Source: Balanoglossus misakiensis (lineage: Eukaryota > Animalia > Hemichordata). From it: a stretch of DNA of 64,000 nucleotides. The stretch spans positions 4,914,735-4,978,734 of the forward strand of contig CM082592.2 in the NCBI GenBank assembly GCA_040954595.2, read 5' to 3'. Numbering within the stretch: position 1 is the stretch's first letter; the number at the start of each line of letters is the position of its first letter. The position numbers and the translations under genes are program-made. The notes under the pieces are model-generated. The model did not search any database. It was not told the DNA's origin and worked only from the letters and a program-made list of their open reading frames with translations. This document shows positions 28,013 through 45,932 of the stretch, in pieces.

Positions 28013-28957
28013 TCGCCTTCTCTTGCGCGCACATCAGGTGACCTCGAAGTGTTTTTACCTGGCCTTGTATCATGTATATTGCATTGCCTTGTCAAGTTCT
28101 CTTGACGATCTTACATGCATCGTGTTTAAAATAATATCTATTGAATGGCATGGCGATGAATTTGGATGTGCAGACGTTTTGTGCTTTCCCTAATCTGCAG
28201 ATCCAAGGTTATTACCATGTATAGGATTTGAAATAATGTGAATGACTAACACATGTTTCCTGGCAACCGCATGACAATTTTAATGGGCAACTTCGCGTCG
28301 GCTGAATCAATAGCAGCTTCAGTTTCAATTTGTCGAGTGTCGTCTGCTAATTTACTTACTTCCCGGTCTAAGATTTTTTCGTCCACAGTTTTCCTTCATC
28401 TTTTTTTGCTGAATTTTAATGGAGAGAAACCGAACTTTATGAATTAGTCAGTAAATTCACTTTACTAAACTTTCATGTATGAATGAATAGAGTAACAACG
28501 GTGCATCCTCCGGCCTCCAAGATTGTGATTTGCTTTTTGTAGTACAGACCTGGCCCCACGACATTTGAGAGATGTTTAAGATTCCGATTTCATCATTAAT
28601 TATTTTTTCCACTCAGGAAATTCACAGGAATGTTTTTGCAATAGACAAGCTTTAGCGGAACTTACAATACGGAACTTACATATGAGATGTGTGCCACGCC
28701 CACCACTGACTCCAACATTATGCTGATTTTGCACTGCAGTCGAGAATGAACATCAGCAACCTCTGACATGATGACACCTTGAGCAAGTTTTTATTCACAT
28801 ATTGTAAATAGGCTCTGAGGGTGTTCAAAAATAACACTAGACTATACATGTATCAATTTTGGACAACTTTCAGTTGATTTATTAAGGTTCCATTATTGTA
28901 AATAATACAAGCTGAAATGAAATAAATAGTAACATTTTGAATGCCCTTCTTGTTAAA

Positions 28958-31900
28958 TTACAACTGCCTTTCTATAAGGTATAATATGTTATTGAAAGCT
29001 GAATCACCGCTCCTGCACTGAGAAAGTTCTTTCAGGGCAGCTTTCCTTGTTGACAAGTCCGTTTCTTCAGTCAGTATGAACTGAATACACTCGTCTTGGA
29101 GTTTAACACAGTGATATGTGCAGCAGTATTCGTACAGTGGAACGATGCTTGAGAAGTCGAAATGGTGAGCGACCACTTCGTCGTGTACGAGCTCCAACAT
29201 CTCCGGCAGCATGAAGCGGTCCGACGCCGCGAGAACGTCCAACACCAAATGCTCCGTGCCGTCCACGAGTTGCCTCATCCTCCGGCAGTTGCCAAGGCGA
29301 CAGCCGTGCAGGTAGTGGACGGTGAAGAGGAACGCCTGGTGGGGCACCTCGTTGATCGCGACCACCGACTGCTGCGATTCGGCGTAGCTCCCGGACAGCA
29401 TGGCCGCGAAGACCGCCGAGGCAGCGGCCACCCGCTCCCGGTTGGCCGCTATCCTTGGCCCGTCTCCGACCGCAAAGTGAACGTCACTCACACAGTCTTG
29501 CTGACAATACAAACAACTATCCAGAGTCTGACTGGCGTGCACGTCACTCGAAACACCGCCTCCTTCATCAGCCGAAGTGGTTTCATTTCTGTTTCTGGAC
29601 GATGAGGGCAGCCTTTCTGACGACGGCGAAGCTATGCCCAGATCAACAGCAAGGCGAGAGAGAGCATCTACTGCCATGGTTAGCATTTCTTCTGTTCTAT
29701 GAAGGGGTAAGCTGTGGATTATCGAAAACAGGACCCCTATAGCATTGTATTCAAGCAGCATCTTCTTCCTAAGATCTGAATTCCTGTAAATGAACAATAA
29801 AACGTGTCATTTACATGTTGTCAGTTCCCTCTTTATATTAAACCTTACCATAGAAAACAATGGGTGTGGACTGAACCATGGTGGTGAAAGGGTTAATGTT
29901 GCCATGGTAGCAAGTGACATTAGAAAATTGTTGGTTACTTTTATGATGGTAATTCCTCTGGCGAGTGAAGGGAACTGATCCATAAGTCTGATGGACTTTA
30001 AACCAAATACTAAACTGATGTTCCTGTCCATCCCTACTTCTGGGCTATCAGGATTGTTGGTATGATGTCATCCACAAGAGGCTTTCATCTGGGCAATTAT
30101 AAACTATAGGGTCTCTCTCTCCAAAGCTAATGAAGGAATTTTAATTAAAGTACATGTATCACAGAAAAAAATGTGGCATTGTTCACCTGTAGATGAATGG
30201 CACTGCTATAGCAGCAGACCTCTGCTCGCGATGACTACCAGCCAACAGCAAGTGGGCAACCACTCCTTGTCCGTACGGTGTCTCCCCCTGTATGCTCAGG
30301 TTCTTCAGCAGGGGCCCGGCGTACTTCAGACACCCTGCTTGGTCTTCCTTGCTCTCCTGGGACAATTCCCCCTCCATACCACCTTGCAAAACTCTATCAG
30401 GGGTCCCCGTCACATCGTTGGTGGATTTCGCCAAGAGGATGTGTATCAGCGAAGGGGCGTGATTGACCACCATGTGCTCAAAGCAGAGGGGGTTTCTGAT
30501 CAGTCTTGTCAGGATACGAACAGCCCTGTTGCCTATGTTTGATGTGCTGACGACGTATTTCAAGAGGGATTTCAAGCAGTCCTTGGTCACGAGGACGTTA
30601 CTGGGATTCTCCATTTGAGACAACCGCGATAAGAACAGAAGTATGTTATATTCTAGTCCTTTTGGTTCTGGGCACTCGACGTTCGTTTTGGTTATAGCCG
30701 TGCGCAGATTGGCGAAGTCACTATCTGGGAAAATGGAGCTTCTATTACTGTCAGAGTTCTCTTCACTGTTCTGTGGTAGATCGCCTGATGTTCTGTTGGT
30801 AACCCCAGTATCGGAACTAGTGTCAGAGTCTGAGGCTTGTCTGTCCTGAGCTGACAGTAACGGCTCAGCTGAAGGCAAACCGCTGGGACCTGCTTCGTGT
30901 GTCTCCTCCTCGAACTCGTCGTCCGGTTCTTCAGTCGGATGGATCGGGGACATCTCCGGCAGGAACCCCGGCTCGCTGGAGTCCGAGTACATGGAGAACA
31001 CGCTGCCTTGCGGCGACCACCGGGGCGAGAGCGCGTACGGCGGGGAGTAGCTGTAGGACGGACTGGCGTACTGGGCCATGGCATCGGAGGTGTCGCTGGC
31101 TGGCGACAGATACGGCGAGAAGCTCCTGGAGGTGCTCGGATTATTTGGGGTCTCCTGGGATGTTCCTGACGCAAAACCCGTGCAGACTTGTCTCATGCAC
31201 TGTGGCGTCGCTAACAGATTACTAACTTTGACGCTCGGTCCCGCCTTCCCCTCATCACACAAGCTTGATTCATTAGCAGAACAGGCAGTTTCATTTTGAA
31301 CACATTCATCTTTTGTGAGGTCCCTTTCAACCGACGACGTCCTCTGACTTTTACTCCTGCTATCCGATGTGCTCGAATCTGAACCATCCGCGTTTGAGTC
31401 CGGGGAGGTTTCCCGCTTGTCAGATCCTAGCGCTTTGTGCAGATGGATCAACAGAACAGTCACCACGTCGTTCGTAAGCATCGTCTCAAGGCTCTTGTCG
31501 TCGTACACGAAGTTCAGAAACGACGCAATGATCGTCTCGTGGTGGGTGGAGTACTCGTCGAGCCTCAGCATCTCGACCATCAGCGCCACTCCTCCCAGCT
31601 CGCGGATTTTCACCCGGTTCACGGCCTCTCGGGCGCACACGCACAGCAGCTGGACGGACAGCGGGGCGGTGCTGGTTTTCCGTCGGATGTCGTTGATGAA
31701 CGCTCGGATCCCGCCGGCCGACCCCACGGCCGGTCGCATTATGCCGTGCGCCATCAAATTGAACAACGCCAGCACGGCATTCTCCCTGATGACAGTCCTC
31801 GCGTGGGTCGCAAGGTCGACCAAAGCGGACACCGCATCGGCCTCGATGACTTGTCTGACGCAGTTCAGATCGCAGTTCTTCGTCACTTCCGACAGAGCCC

Positions 31901-33132
31901 TAACACTGGCACCGACGACGCCCGAGTGCTTCGAACCGAGCAACTCGGCCATGGGTTGTATTCCTTCCGCCTCGATGACAGCCTCCCTGTGTTTCGCCGT
32001 CTTGGACAGATGTCGCAGTGCCCTGATGACGCTTTGGCGGCACTCATCGTCGCGGGTGTTCTTCAGCAAGCTCACCAAAGTGGTCAAGACTTCTCCCTGC
32101 TGGTGGATGATCTCCGCAATGTCGGCATCAATTGCTAGGTTGGCTAACGTTCTCGAAGCTCGATTCAGGATACTGGTTTGCTTTAACGCCTTCAGGATGG
32201 AAACTGTGGAGAAAAGACAGAATTTCAAAATACTATACTCTACCCATTCTTCTTAAATTTTAGTACTCCGTGGGATAAAGCTAAGTGCAATAGTCATAAA
32301 TATGTTGCCTTATGCATTTATGTAAAAAAAGTAAAATTAAACAAAGATTAATTCTAGAAAAATGATTTAATACATACCGATATGCGATATTCCTTGAAGT
32401 TGTTTTACCTAGTACATGGAAAGAAAAGACATGATTAAGTTAGTTCACATATACCAAACTGAACTGGTCATTCACAGAAAAGGTATGGTACATGCATTGA
32501 TGTACATAATTTTTTTTAAATGTTGCAAGAAAAAGTTTTGTGACTGGAAGTTAGATGGGAAAGTGTGCACCTTATCCAGCAAACTCGCACCTTGTGGCCT
32601 GGTACAGCCTCCCAGTCGGCCCGAATAATAACGCTTCTCTTGGAAGTTGGATAGCGAAGATGACGAGGACGATTGCCCCCCCCCCCCCCCCCCCCCGGTC
32701 CGTACGACTACAGCTGTGTTGCACCGCCCACCCACGGCCGTCCGGTTCCAACCCCAAAGACTCGTGGTGTTGGCAGTACAGACAATGCCAATGGGGTGAG
32801 AAGCGGCCCAAATGACAGGTAGCAATAACCTGAGACATTTCTAATGAAACCAAACCCCTTTCGCCGTTTACCTGCTTTCGTGTCTTCTCCTCCAGACAAC
32901 AGTTTGCAAGGATGCTCAGCGAGACGTCAACAATTCGCTCGTTTGGCATACTTATCAGATACAGTAAAGGCTTCAAGCCGCCTAGTCTTCGAAATTCTTC
33001 CACCCCATCCGATCGTCTAATAAATTCACTTCTAATTCTTGTCAGTGAATCCAGCACAATCTTTGCAGGTTGGCCAGGTTTTAATCGCGAAATTAAATTC
33101 TTCAGCGAAGAAATATCGCCAGCAGACGCCAT
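28958..33132 (-). CDS. ARMC5: Armadillo repeat-containing protein 5 (ARM repeats plus C-terminal BTB; CUL3 adaptor), 4 coding exons
   Basis: Exons: 32872-33132, a 31-nt micro-exon at 32378-32408 (VKQLQGISHI), 30187-32203 and 28958-29783. Motifs include FRRLGGLKPLL, LSILANCCLE, ILNRASRTLANLA, RPAVGSAGG, CAREAVNRVKIRELGG, LTRLIRNPLCFE and ETPYGQGVVAHLLLAGS, plus a BTB segment (AASAVFAAMLSGSYAES, HYLHGC). Confidence 0.93.
29822..29896. mobile_element. Second, 5'-decayed copy of the same MITE family, in an ARMC5 intron
   Basis: accttaccatagaaaacaatgggtgtggactgaaccatggtggtgaaagggttaa aligns with accttactattcaaaacagtgggtttggactgaaccatagtaagtggtgaaagggttaa at ~59112-59170. Confidence 0.6.
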
Positions 33133-33308
33133 TGTTGTAAATCTTTACTCCAGTAATTCCGCAAGAGGTTAAAGGTCATCTGTAAACTTTTCAGGTCGCG
33201 GTTGGGGGCGTGGTCAGTTAAATATCAGTAGAAATGTCTGATCGATTGCTGTCAGAACTTGACATAAGTTTTATTAATTTATTAAAGGTCTGCATTGCAG
33301 CACAGACC
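33133..33308. promoter_or_regulatory. Putative bidirectional promoter between ARMC5 and the transposase-derived gene
   Basis: Divergent ATGs at 33132 (-) and 33309 (+) are 176 bp apart. A GC/KLF box (GGGGGCGTGG) lies at ~33204-33213. Confidence 0.55.
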
Positions 33309-36300
33309 ATGTGCGACACAAAACGTGGCGATGACATCCAAAGCGTAAGTATACTTTATATTGTGAAAATGCCAGTTTAGATTTGACCTTTGACAAATTA
33401 TGTGACATTGATTTGATGTCATTTTAAAGTCTCAGTTACAGGATATCTGTAAAACGCTGGAGGGGAATGGACCAGTGGATGAAAGTGCAGGTGTTGACTT
33501 TGGATCCATTGATAAGAGACGTTTCTCCATTCTGCCGGTATGTCGATCATTTGAGTTTTTGACTCATCCACAAGATTGAAGTTTATATAGACCCAATACT
33601 AGTTGCCAGGGTGCACAAACTTTGCAGACCATCACAAAAACTGTTCTACTGTTCACTCATCTTTAAATTTTGAGATCAATTTTTTTAAAGGCTGCCACAC
33701 TTTTTATATGTCAACTGCCTATGTGGTGCTGTCCACCATCTTGCATAGTTTTGTAGTCTATATCTATTTCATTGCAGTCATAATTTAACACAGTGCCCTC
33801 TTTATTCAGGTTGAAATACCCAGAGAATGTGTCAAGAAGCTGGAAGATCATTTCCAAACCTCAGAGTCCAATGTAAGCAACTTCAGCTTAATATTTCCCC
33901 AAGTAACAGACATATATCACACTAATCAAAATGGTGCCACTACCCCACCCTTCTTACTTATATTTTTACCACAGTCTGACGTGTACATCACCAGAAGAAG
34001 AGAACACAGGAAATACACAAAGAGATCTACGGCACCTGTTGATTTAAAGTTAGCAGCAAAAGTCATGGATGCCCAAACAGGGAACAGTGCCAATGCAAGT
34101 AGCATATATTTTATAAAGGTTTGCTCACAGGAGTCTAAGGTCATTCAGGATGATGGTAATTGAAAACTTGTTTGATAGGTTCTTTCTCTGTGATTGGACA
34201 TTTTCCCAGCGACTGTTAGCGAATTATTGTTGTGTTTTTTTCACTTTACAGAAGATACCTAGGGTGAAATTTAAAATGAAGTAAGTGTTGCTTGTACATG
34301 TTTGTTTGTTTGTTTATTTATTTATTTATTTATTTATTTACTGGTGACAACTGTAGTGTCCAGCTTCTTTATTCAGTTTAATACAACTCCAGAAATCATA
34401 CTTTGCAAACTACAACAGTGGACAATTTTTTTTTTCAAATGACTTTCTAAGCCCAGTAGTAATAAGTTTTAAAAAAAACAACACTTTTTTTGCAGATGGT
34501 TTTTCCGTTCTGTTCAAGAGAGATGGAAAGATCGCAGACTTGGTTCCGGAGAGAGCAGCCGGACCCTGTATCACCTTCACCCTCCGCACGTTATCCGTAT
34601 CAGACATTCCTGGCCACTCTTTCAGGAAATGAGGAAAGCCTATGGCTTCATGCACCAGCCCTATGACGCCTTTATACTTTTCGCCATGGTCCACTTGAAG
34701 CAGATCTGGTGAGTTGTGTTTCCATGGCATGCATTCAGGATTGTAGAAATAAAAGCAAACGAAAAGTATTCAAAAAAAGAATATTTTACATACCTGATAG
34801 GTGATAATTGGTAAAAAGCTAAAATTTGTCAATTATTCTCTAATATTGTATGCTCTATCCAGTGCGATTGTTTAGGAAATTTTTGTATGTAATATACCAT
34901 AATATGCAAATCCTACATTTGACCATGCGTTTCGTTTGGTGTGCAGGGAAAAACCCAAAGGCAAGACACCACACCCTGTACCCCCAAGATCTGAGACTTC
35001 TCCGGCTGGAAATAACAGACAACAAGGCAAATCCAAGACTGTGCAGCCAAGGAAGGAAGAAGGAAGGAAGAAGCTGAAGAGGAGAAAGCGACTCGCCGGA
35101 AAGCGTTCCAGAATAGAAGGAAAACCGATCCCGTCAACCGAGTGCTTTTCCAACCTGTCAGACGGCGTTGATGCCAAACCGCATGTAAATCTCAAACCCC
35201 ACTCGAGCCTGGGCGAGGAACTGAAGATTGCCACTGAACCCAACTTCGTCGGCTCCTCGAGTCAACTGCGCTCCCTGTTCGGATTGGTGCGCTGTCAGAA
35301 ATGCCAGGGCTGCGTGAACATAGTGGAGGAAATCAGGAAGGGTGTCTGCGTGGTGGTCAGTTTCCAGTGTGGGTCGTGCTCCCACACCGGGAAGTGGTAC
35401 TCCAGTGAGATGTACTACGGTCACTTTGTTGTCAATCTGGTGCTGATTATCGCGTACGTGCTGTCGGGGGAGCCGAACATCGACCGCCTGAGCCGATTTC
35501 TCAATTTCATGAATTTAGGCGGCATGCAGGGCTGTTACAGGGTCATACGCCCCGTAGCCGACGTCATCGTCCAGGCGGCCAAGAACCAAATGCAGAGGAT
35601 ACGGTCGGAGCTGCTGGCGAGCGGGAAACCGGTCGTGTTGCTGGGCGACGGGCGGAGCGACTCGCCGGGCACGCACGCTACGAAGCACACGTACACGCTG
35701 ATGACGGCCGACACCAATCAGATCGTCGGCCAGAAGCACCTGGACGTGCGAGAGGCGGACGGGCGGTCGAGCAACATGGAGATCGTGTGCGCCCGCGAGT
35801 GTCTGACGGCGATGCAGAGGGCGGGCGTCCGCGTGAGCGAGTTCGTCACCGACGATCACTCGGCCATCACCACCATGATGAAGGAGGACCAGTTCCGGGC
35901 AATCCAGTTCTCCAAGGACATGTGGCACAAAGCGAAAAACATGTCTAAGAAACTGATTAGAGAATCCCGGCTGAAAAAACACAAAGTCCTAGTCCCGTGG
36001 ATTCCTTTGATACGGAGACACTTCTACTTCGCGGCCCAAAACTGCGACGGTGACCCGGACACGATGAGAGAGATCCTTCATCAATTTCTTCATCACATCC
36101 GCGGTGAACATGTCTGGGTGGGTGGGTGTTGCACCTTTCACCCAAGTCAGCTTCTGGTGAAACAGCCCGTGTATCTATCGGCCGACAGCTCCGCTTACGA
36201 AGTTGTGGAGAAACTGCTCTGCCGGAAGCAGTTCGTCAATTCCCTACATTACTACGTGAGAAATCGCAGCACGGCCCCACTGGAGAGCTATCACAACGTA

Positions 36301-38019
36301 ATCTTGAAGTACGCTTCCAAGCGCTGCTACAGAGGACAGACCTATGAAATGTGCGTCTCCCTGGCGACTATCGACCACAACAGCCACGCCAACTACAAAG
36401 AGAGAAGTGAAGAACCGGTCAAAAATCGACGGGCCTTCAATAAATTTTCCAAAAAGTGGGCATTGCTGAACACATCGCCGGCAAAGACCTACGACTACAT
36501 CCCGGAGCTGATGGCACACTGCATACAGAACACCGTACCGGCCGAGAAAACACAGTCAGACAGGTTTGTCCCGAAGCATGGCTTAGGGGGTCCAAATCCA
36601 CCGACCATGGAACAGCTGAAAGCCAGCTATGTACAGCACAAACTTAGGCAGAAACGGGTTTATCCACAAATAGACCAGACAGAGATGAGGAGATTGGTGG
36701 AACCAGCGCCAACAGTCCTGTACTGTGATCCAGGTGGTGTCCAGCGGCTGGAAGGCCAAGGTCATGAACTCGACAGGGCAGTCGAACCACCTTTTAAGAA
36801 GCAAGTTTTTGAAAGAAGCACCGATGTAAACAAAGCAAGTTTTGGGAACGATGACTTCAATGAAATGTATCAGAGTCATCAAGCAGTGGCTAATAACCCT
36901 GAGCCCGAAACACAGTCTCTCCTCCACAGAGGGACCTCGATGGAGCCACCATTGGACACTCAGGCACCAAGCTGTCCAGTATTCACAGAGAGAAATGTAA
37001 GATATCTTGGTGAGGCCCAGCCAGTTTTGCTTGGCAACGCAAACATGGTCGCACCACTGCAAAACACGCGCACAGCAGAAACCATTTGGAACCATTCCGG
37101 ATTTGGTGAGGTGGGCTATGACGGCAAGGGATACTATCACTTCCAAAGAGAGATGGAATCTGAAATGGAATCTGCTGACATCAGGCAGGTCACTAATAAC
37201 CATGCTGTATTACCAAGGGAACAATGTCATTTGTCTCATTTCAATGGTGACCAACTTCACATGGTTACCATAGCAGAGCTGCAGCAGAACACACTAGGTG
37301 CAGAGAGTTTTGTTGTCCAGTCAGACTTCAAAAGTGGGAATTGTGAGTTTGGGAACCATGAAAGACAGCAGCTGAAGCTTCGGTCAGAGGAGAGACTGCG
37401 AGAAAGTGTGGACATCAACGAGAAAGGTGAACTGGTAGAGAGATATGATGACCCTTCAACTTTCAAATACGAACATCACAACCATGGAGAAGAAAATGCC
37501 AATGTGACGGCAGGTGATGAACTCGACAAAGCAGTAGAGACACTGCTTCAGATTCAAACTGCTGTGAACCCAGTGTTTGAAGAAGTGTGCCAAGAATCCG
37601 GCAAAAATGCCCCAGAAAGGGCAGATCGTCTGGAACTTCAAACAGAAGTACAAGAGTCACCAAACACACAAGTCAGTCAAGCTGCCACTAACTTGACATT
37701 ATTGCCAGAGATGAAAGTGCATGATGAATGTGTTGGACGCAAACTCTCTGCGACAGCCAACATATTGAAGAGCATAAAACTGCCACACACACCGGCTGGC
37801 CGGCGAGGAATGCATGTCAGTCTGGATTTGACTTCGGAATATTTCGAAAAGGATGGGAAAAGGTTGGCTACAAAGGTTAGGCAAGGTGTATCCAACCAGA
37901 CAAGTGTGAAATGCAGCAAGTTGCACAAACCAGTGAGTCGCGTAACACTGCCAAACATGCAGATTGGCCACAGGAAATTGAATGTTAGCCTGGAGTTCCC
38001 TTCAGAGTATGTATTTTGA
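33309..38019 (+). CDS. Transposase-derived gene (DDE, DxxH class, most like Kolobok/MULE), about 1210 aa, 7 exons; probably domesticated
   Basis: Phase-consistent exons: 33309-33344, 33436-33537, 33810-33872, 33975-34094 (or -34118), 34252-34280, 34496-34708 and 34947-38019. The last exon encodes a basic NLS-like stretch (RKKLKRRKR), a zinc-ribbon-like CQKC...CGSC, then LGDGRSDSPG...TYTLM (D1), FVTDDHSAI (D2), DMWH and LESYHNVILKYASKR (E), followed by a ~450-aa low-complexity tail. The long last exon is certain; the 5' exons are inferred. Confidence 0.8.
34299..34340. repeat. (TTTG)n(TTTA)n microsatellite in an intron of the transposase-derived gene
   Basis: tgtttgtttgtttgtttatttatttatttatttatttattta. 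Confidence 0.85.
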
Positions 38020-39470
38020 AGGTCTGTGAATTCATACTTTAGTGCGTTCAGAACCTTTTTTTTAAAGAAGAAAAAATTTACTTATGCTTGTTTAACCCAC
38101 TGTTACAGAGTGACCTAGCTGTTACTTGTTATAGCATAGCTTCAATGATTTGAACTGGGCAGTCGGAAAGAAAACCACAAGACACGGTCTCCATAAAGAC
38201 AATATTTTATTGACAGTTGTAGTGGATTGTCAATCACAATTGTACGCAGTTCATAGGTGGATAAAATCGTACATTAAAAATACATAATTCTGTAAAGTTC
38301 AAGTTGAGCGTGTCTGATAAAAACTAAATTTAAAATGTAAATAGTTTTTAGCAGGGACATGAAGAAAGCACAAATGCTGGCGAAGTAAATGTCGATCCCC
38401 TATTTGTTTTGGTTTAAATCATTCTTCTGTTAAAAAGGGCCAGTGATAAGAGCCCTTGCACTAAAAACAACCTAATTGGTAAATTTCACAGGAGAAAATC
38501 TGACACATCCAACAGGAGAGCCTAATACTTCATACAGCGTATCTATACTTACACGTTACGTACGGTACATGTATTTATGTTTGATCAAAACACTTAATAG
38601 TCGTAAGTTTTGAGAGTACAGTTCTTCTGTAAACAGTAGTAGAAATAAAATAAACTATGAAAATAAAATTTGTTTCAGTTTATTGTTGGGTGTAGCTAAA
38701 CCTCTACTGTGTACAGTAAAATAAAGCCACATGTTTTATGGCAGTTTTTGGTTAGACCTAATCTTCAAGTTCAAGTGTATTCTGATACACTGGTTGGACA
38801 TATGACTATATTAGCTATCTCACTCCTGATTTGAAAACACTCTTTCTTATAGTGATTAAAAATAAAACTTTTCAGTTATTTACATGCATTTTTTGAGGAT
38901 TTTCTTTTCTTGTAGATCTGCCAAAACCAGCTCACTGACAGTACAACACACACAATAACTTATAAAATGCTGACATGCAGATCAATAACACATTCGCCGA
39001 AAACACACACAAATTACAAAATGTAGAATTCCACAACGTTTTTCCTAGAACAGAAACGACATGACATCACACTTGGGATCAGTCACTGGCTTTTTTTCAG
39101 CAGGTATGGCTATACTCACTCTTTTGCAAGAGTCTTTACAACGAGTTTTAGAATCTGACATCAAAACTTCAAACATATTTGACAGGACTGCAAGTATGGA
39201 CAAGACTAGAGTATGGACCACTGCCACTTTTAGAGAAACGTTACATTTTTGTGGACAAAATCCCTCCCAGTGCAGTTACAACAAGCATGCTGTACACATC
39301 ACATGAAAACCGCCGATACCTTAATCCACTGACAAACGTTGTCTGCCTCCCTGTACAATCCTGCAGGAAGCTCTCCCACCCACAAAGCCCATACCAGCTC
39401 CAAAGGGTAGCCTTATCTTGATAGAACACCAATATTTTATAAATACTATAAATAGAGAGTTGTTTTGGAC

Positions 39471-45732
<6,262 letters not shown>

Positions 45733-45779
45733 CGTCTACAAGATCATTAACAGTCGATTTTCAAAGCGTGTCCAGACGC

Positions 45780-45862
45780 TAGACGTCACTTGACGTGAAG
45801 ACGGCTGCCATGTTTGTTGTTTGCTTGAGATCTCCGATTCTGCGCAGTTCCAACTTCCTGTG
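45780..45862 (-). promoter_or_regulatory. Putative LZTR1 housekeeping-type promoter/5' region (CRE-like, YY1-like and ETS motifs)
   Basis: GACGTCAC (45782) and TGACGTG (45791), GCCATGTT (45807) and ACTTCCTG (45853) are clustered 50-130 bp upstream of the start codon. Confidence 0.4.
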
Positions 45863-45894
45863 CAGTGATTCAGATTATAGACGAGCGCCCGCTC

Positions 45895-45932
45895 TGTTCG
45901 TTCGTTCGTTCACTCACTCATTCTTTCGTTCA
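45895..45932. repeat. (TTCG)n/(CTCA)n microsatellite upstream of LZTR1
   Basis: tgttcgttcgttcgttcactcactcattctttcgttca. Confidence 0.7.

Noticed and set aside
31369-32256. 295-aa and 233-aa plus-strand ORFs, and similar ORFs opposite PPM1E, paxillin and the transposase
   Set aside because: These are antisense shadows of GC3-rich coding exons with no independent motifs.
32572-32871. ORF-track extension of ARMC5 exon 1 (VNGERGLVSLEMSQ...)
   Set aside because: It is read-through into the intron across a poly-G tract. The CAG|gtaaac donor and the 31-nt micro-exon at 32378-32408 restore the ARM repeat.
33282-38065. Possible transposon termini around the transposase gene: TTAA-AGGTCTGCA at 33282 versus TTCAGAACCTTTTTTTTAA at ~38047-38065
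   Set aside because: The match is short, gapped and interrupted by a T-run, so it is compatible with chance. At most it is a very decayed TIR and does not justify calling an intact element.
45740-45811. Upstream ATGs before the LZTR1 start (short uORFs)
   Set aside because: The TSS is unknown and one ATG is part of a YY1-like promoter motif, so uORF function cannot be supported.
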